DNA of 55,326 nucleotides from a virus (lineage: Duplodnaviria > Caudoviricetes), in the IMG/VR virus record IMGVR_UViG_3300037851_000330, positions 1 through 55,326 of that record. One strand, 5' to 3'. The translations under genes and the position numbers were made by a program. How positions within the stretch are numbered: the first letter of the stretch is position 1; each line of letters begins with the position of its first letter. The notes under the pieces are model-generated. The model had not been told where the DNA came from. It saw only the letters and a program-made list of their open reading frames with translations, and ran no database searches. Below are positions 54,830 through 55,326 of this stretch, in pieces.

Positions 54830-55275
54830 TTTTCTTTTCTATACTCTAACAAAGCATTAACCATAACTTTCCATTCTTCGTATGAGTAATGTTCACCCTT
54901 CCCTAAATTGCAATCAGTACAACAGGGAACAGAATTATCTAAAGTATAACCTATAGAATTATTTTTCCTATCTATACCTGATCCAATATGTTTTTCAAGC
55001 GAAGAGTTGCAATAATGACATGTTTGCTTTATTAAAACAGAATATTCACTTAAAGATAATGTAAAGCATAAATTTCGCTGCTTTGCTATGCTCTTTAGAT
55101 TCTTGTAACGTACATCTGCATCATGTTTTCGTTTTTGATACCAATTCTTTTTCTTTGACTTAATGCAGGCTATACAGTGCGATTCTTTGTCGCTTTTATA
55201 CCTAGAGTCTTTTCTAACATAAAAGTCAGATAAACTTTTTTCAATATTGCATTTTGTGCATTTTTTCATACTCAT
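54775..55275 (-). CDS. HNH homing endonuclease-like protein
   Basis: KKCTKC..EK....FY..C..C N-domain; CHYC, GIDRKNN..GY..DN.VPCC..CN..K; GGTATAAT upstream. Confidence 0.8.
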   Translation of the reverse strand: MSMKKCTKCNIEKSLSDFYVRKDSRYKSDKESHCIACIKSKKKNWYQKRKHDADVRYKNLKSIAKQRNLCFTLSLSEYSVLIKQTCHYCNSSLEKHIGSGIDRKNNSIGYTLDNSVPCCTDCNLGKGEHYSYEEWKVMVNALLEYRKENGGGQQTRTAGPYRARYA

Positions 55276-55326
55276 TGATACATTATACCTATTTACTATA
55301 CTGATTCGATATAGTAATATAACAAT

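Larger units (their letters stand above)
13422..55310 (+). promoter_or_regulatory. dispersed promoter-like motif AC(C/T/A)GA(A/T)(T/A)CGA, >20 copies
   Basis: Copies start at 13422, 13463, 13574, 14207, 14285, 15197, 15491, 15844, 18643, 19366, 22170, 23772, 24566, 25233, 27077, 27862, 32050, 32784, 34206, 41521, 44173, 49669, 55300; all on + strand, mostly 29-40 nt before a start codon. Confidence 0.8.

Overview
A 55.3 kb segment of a large, AT-rich contractile-tailed (myovirus/jumbo-like) phage genome using the standard genetic code. 1-11019 (- strand) is a virion module: partial tape measure, tail chaperones, three tube-like genes, sheath, neck-like genes and a Nudix-domain protein. About 12200-15850 is a GC-richer divergent junction with repeats, hairpin elements and a candidate structured RNA. 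15880-52000 (+ strand) is a dense run of small hypothetical genes mixed with an AAA ATPase, NAD salvage (NMNAT-Nudix + NadV), three exported proteases, RNase H, class II RNR, ThyX, ClpP, a sigma-region-2-only FliA-like protein, ATP-dependent ligase, SET, CoaD, Pth2 and HNH endonucleases. 52150-54829 is a tRNA cluster containing a phage RNase P RNA and several atypical tRNAs. Most notable unexplained signals: (1) a shared C-terminal peptide tag ([ED]xx[IVL][LFW]G-like) on about 25 otherwise diverse small proteins; (2) a covarying RNA hairpin motif in front of both NAD salvage genes; (3) a multi-hairpin CUAAA-loop RNA; (4) a D-armless, possibly pseudoknotted tRNA-Tyr; (5) a -10-only ACCGAWWCGA promoter class alongside a sigma2-only FliA homolog; (6) a repeated hairpin+CTGACACTGCTACGCC element. 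All assignments are by eye; no database searches were run.
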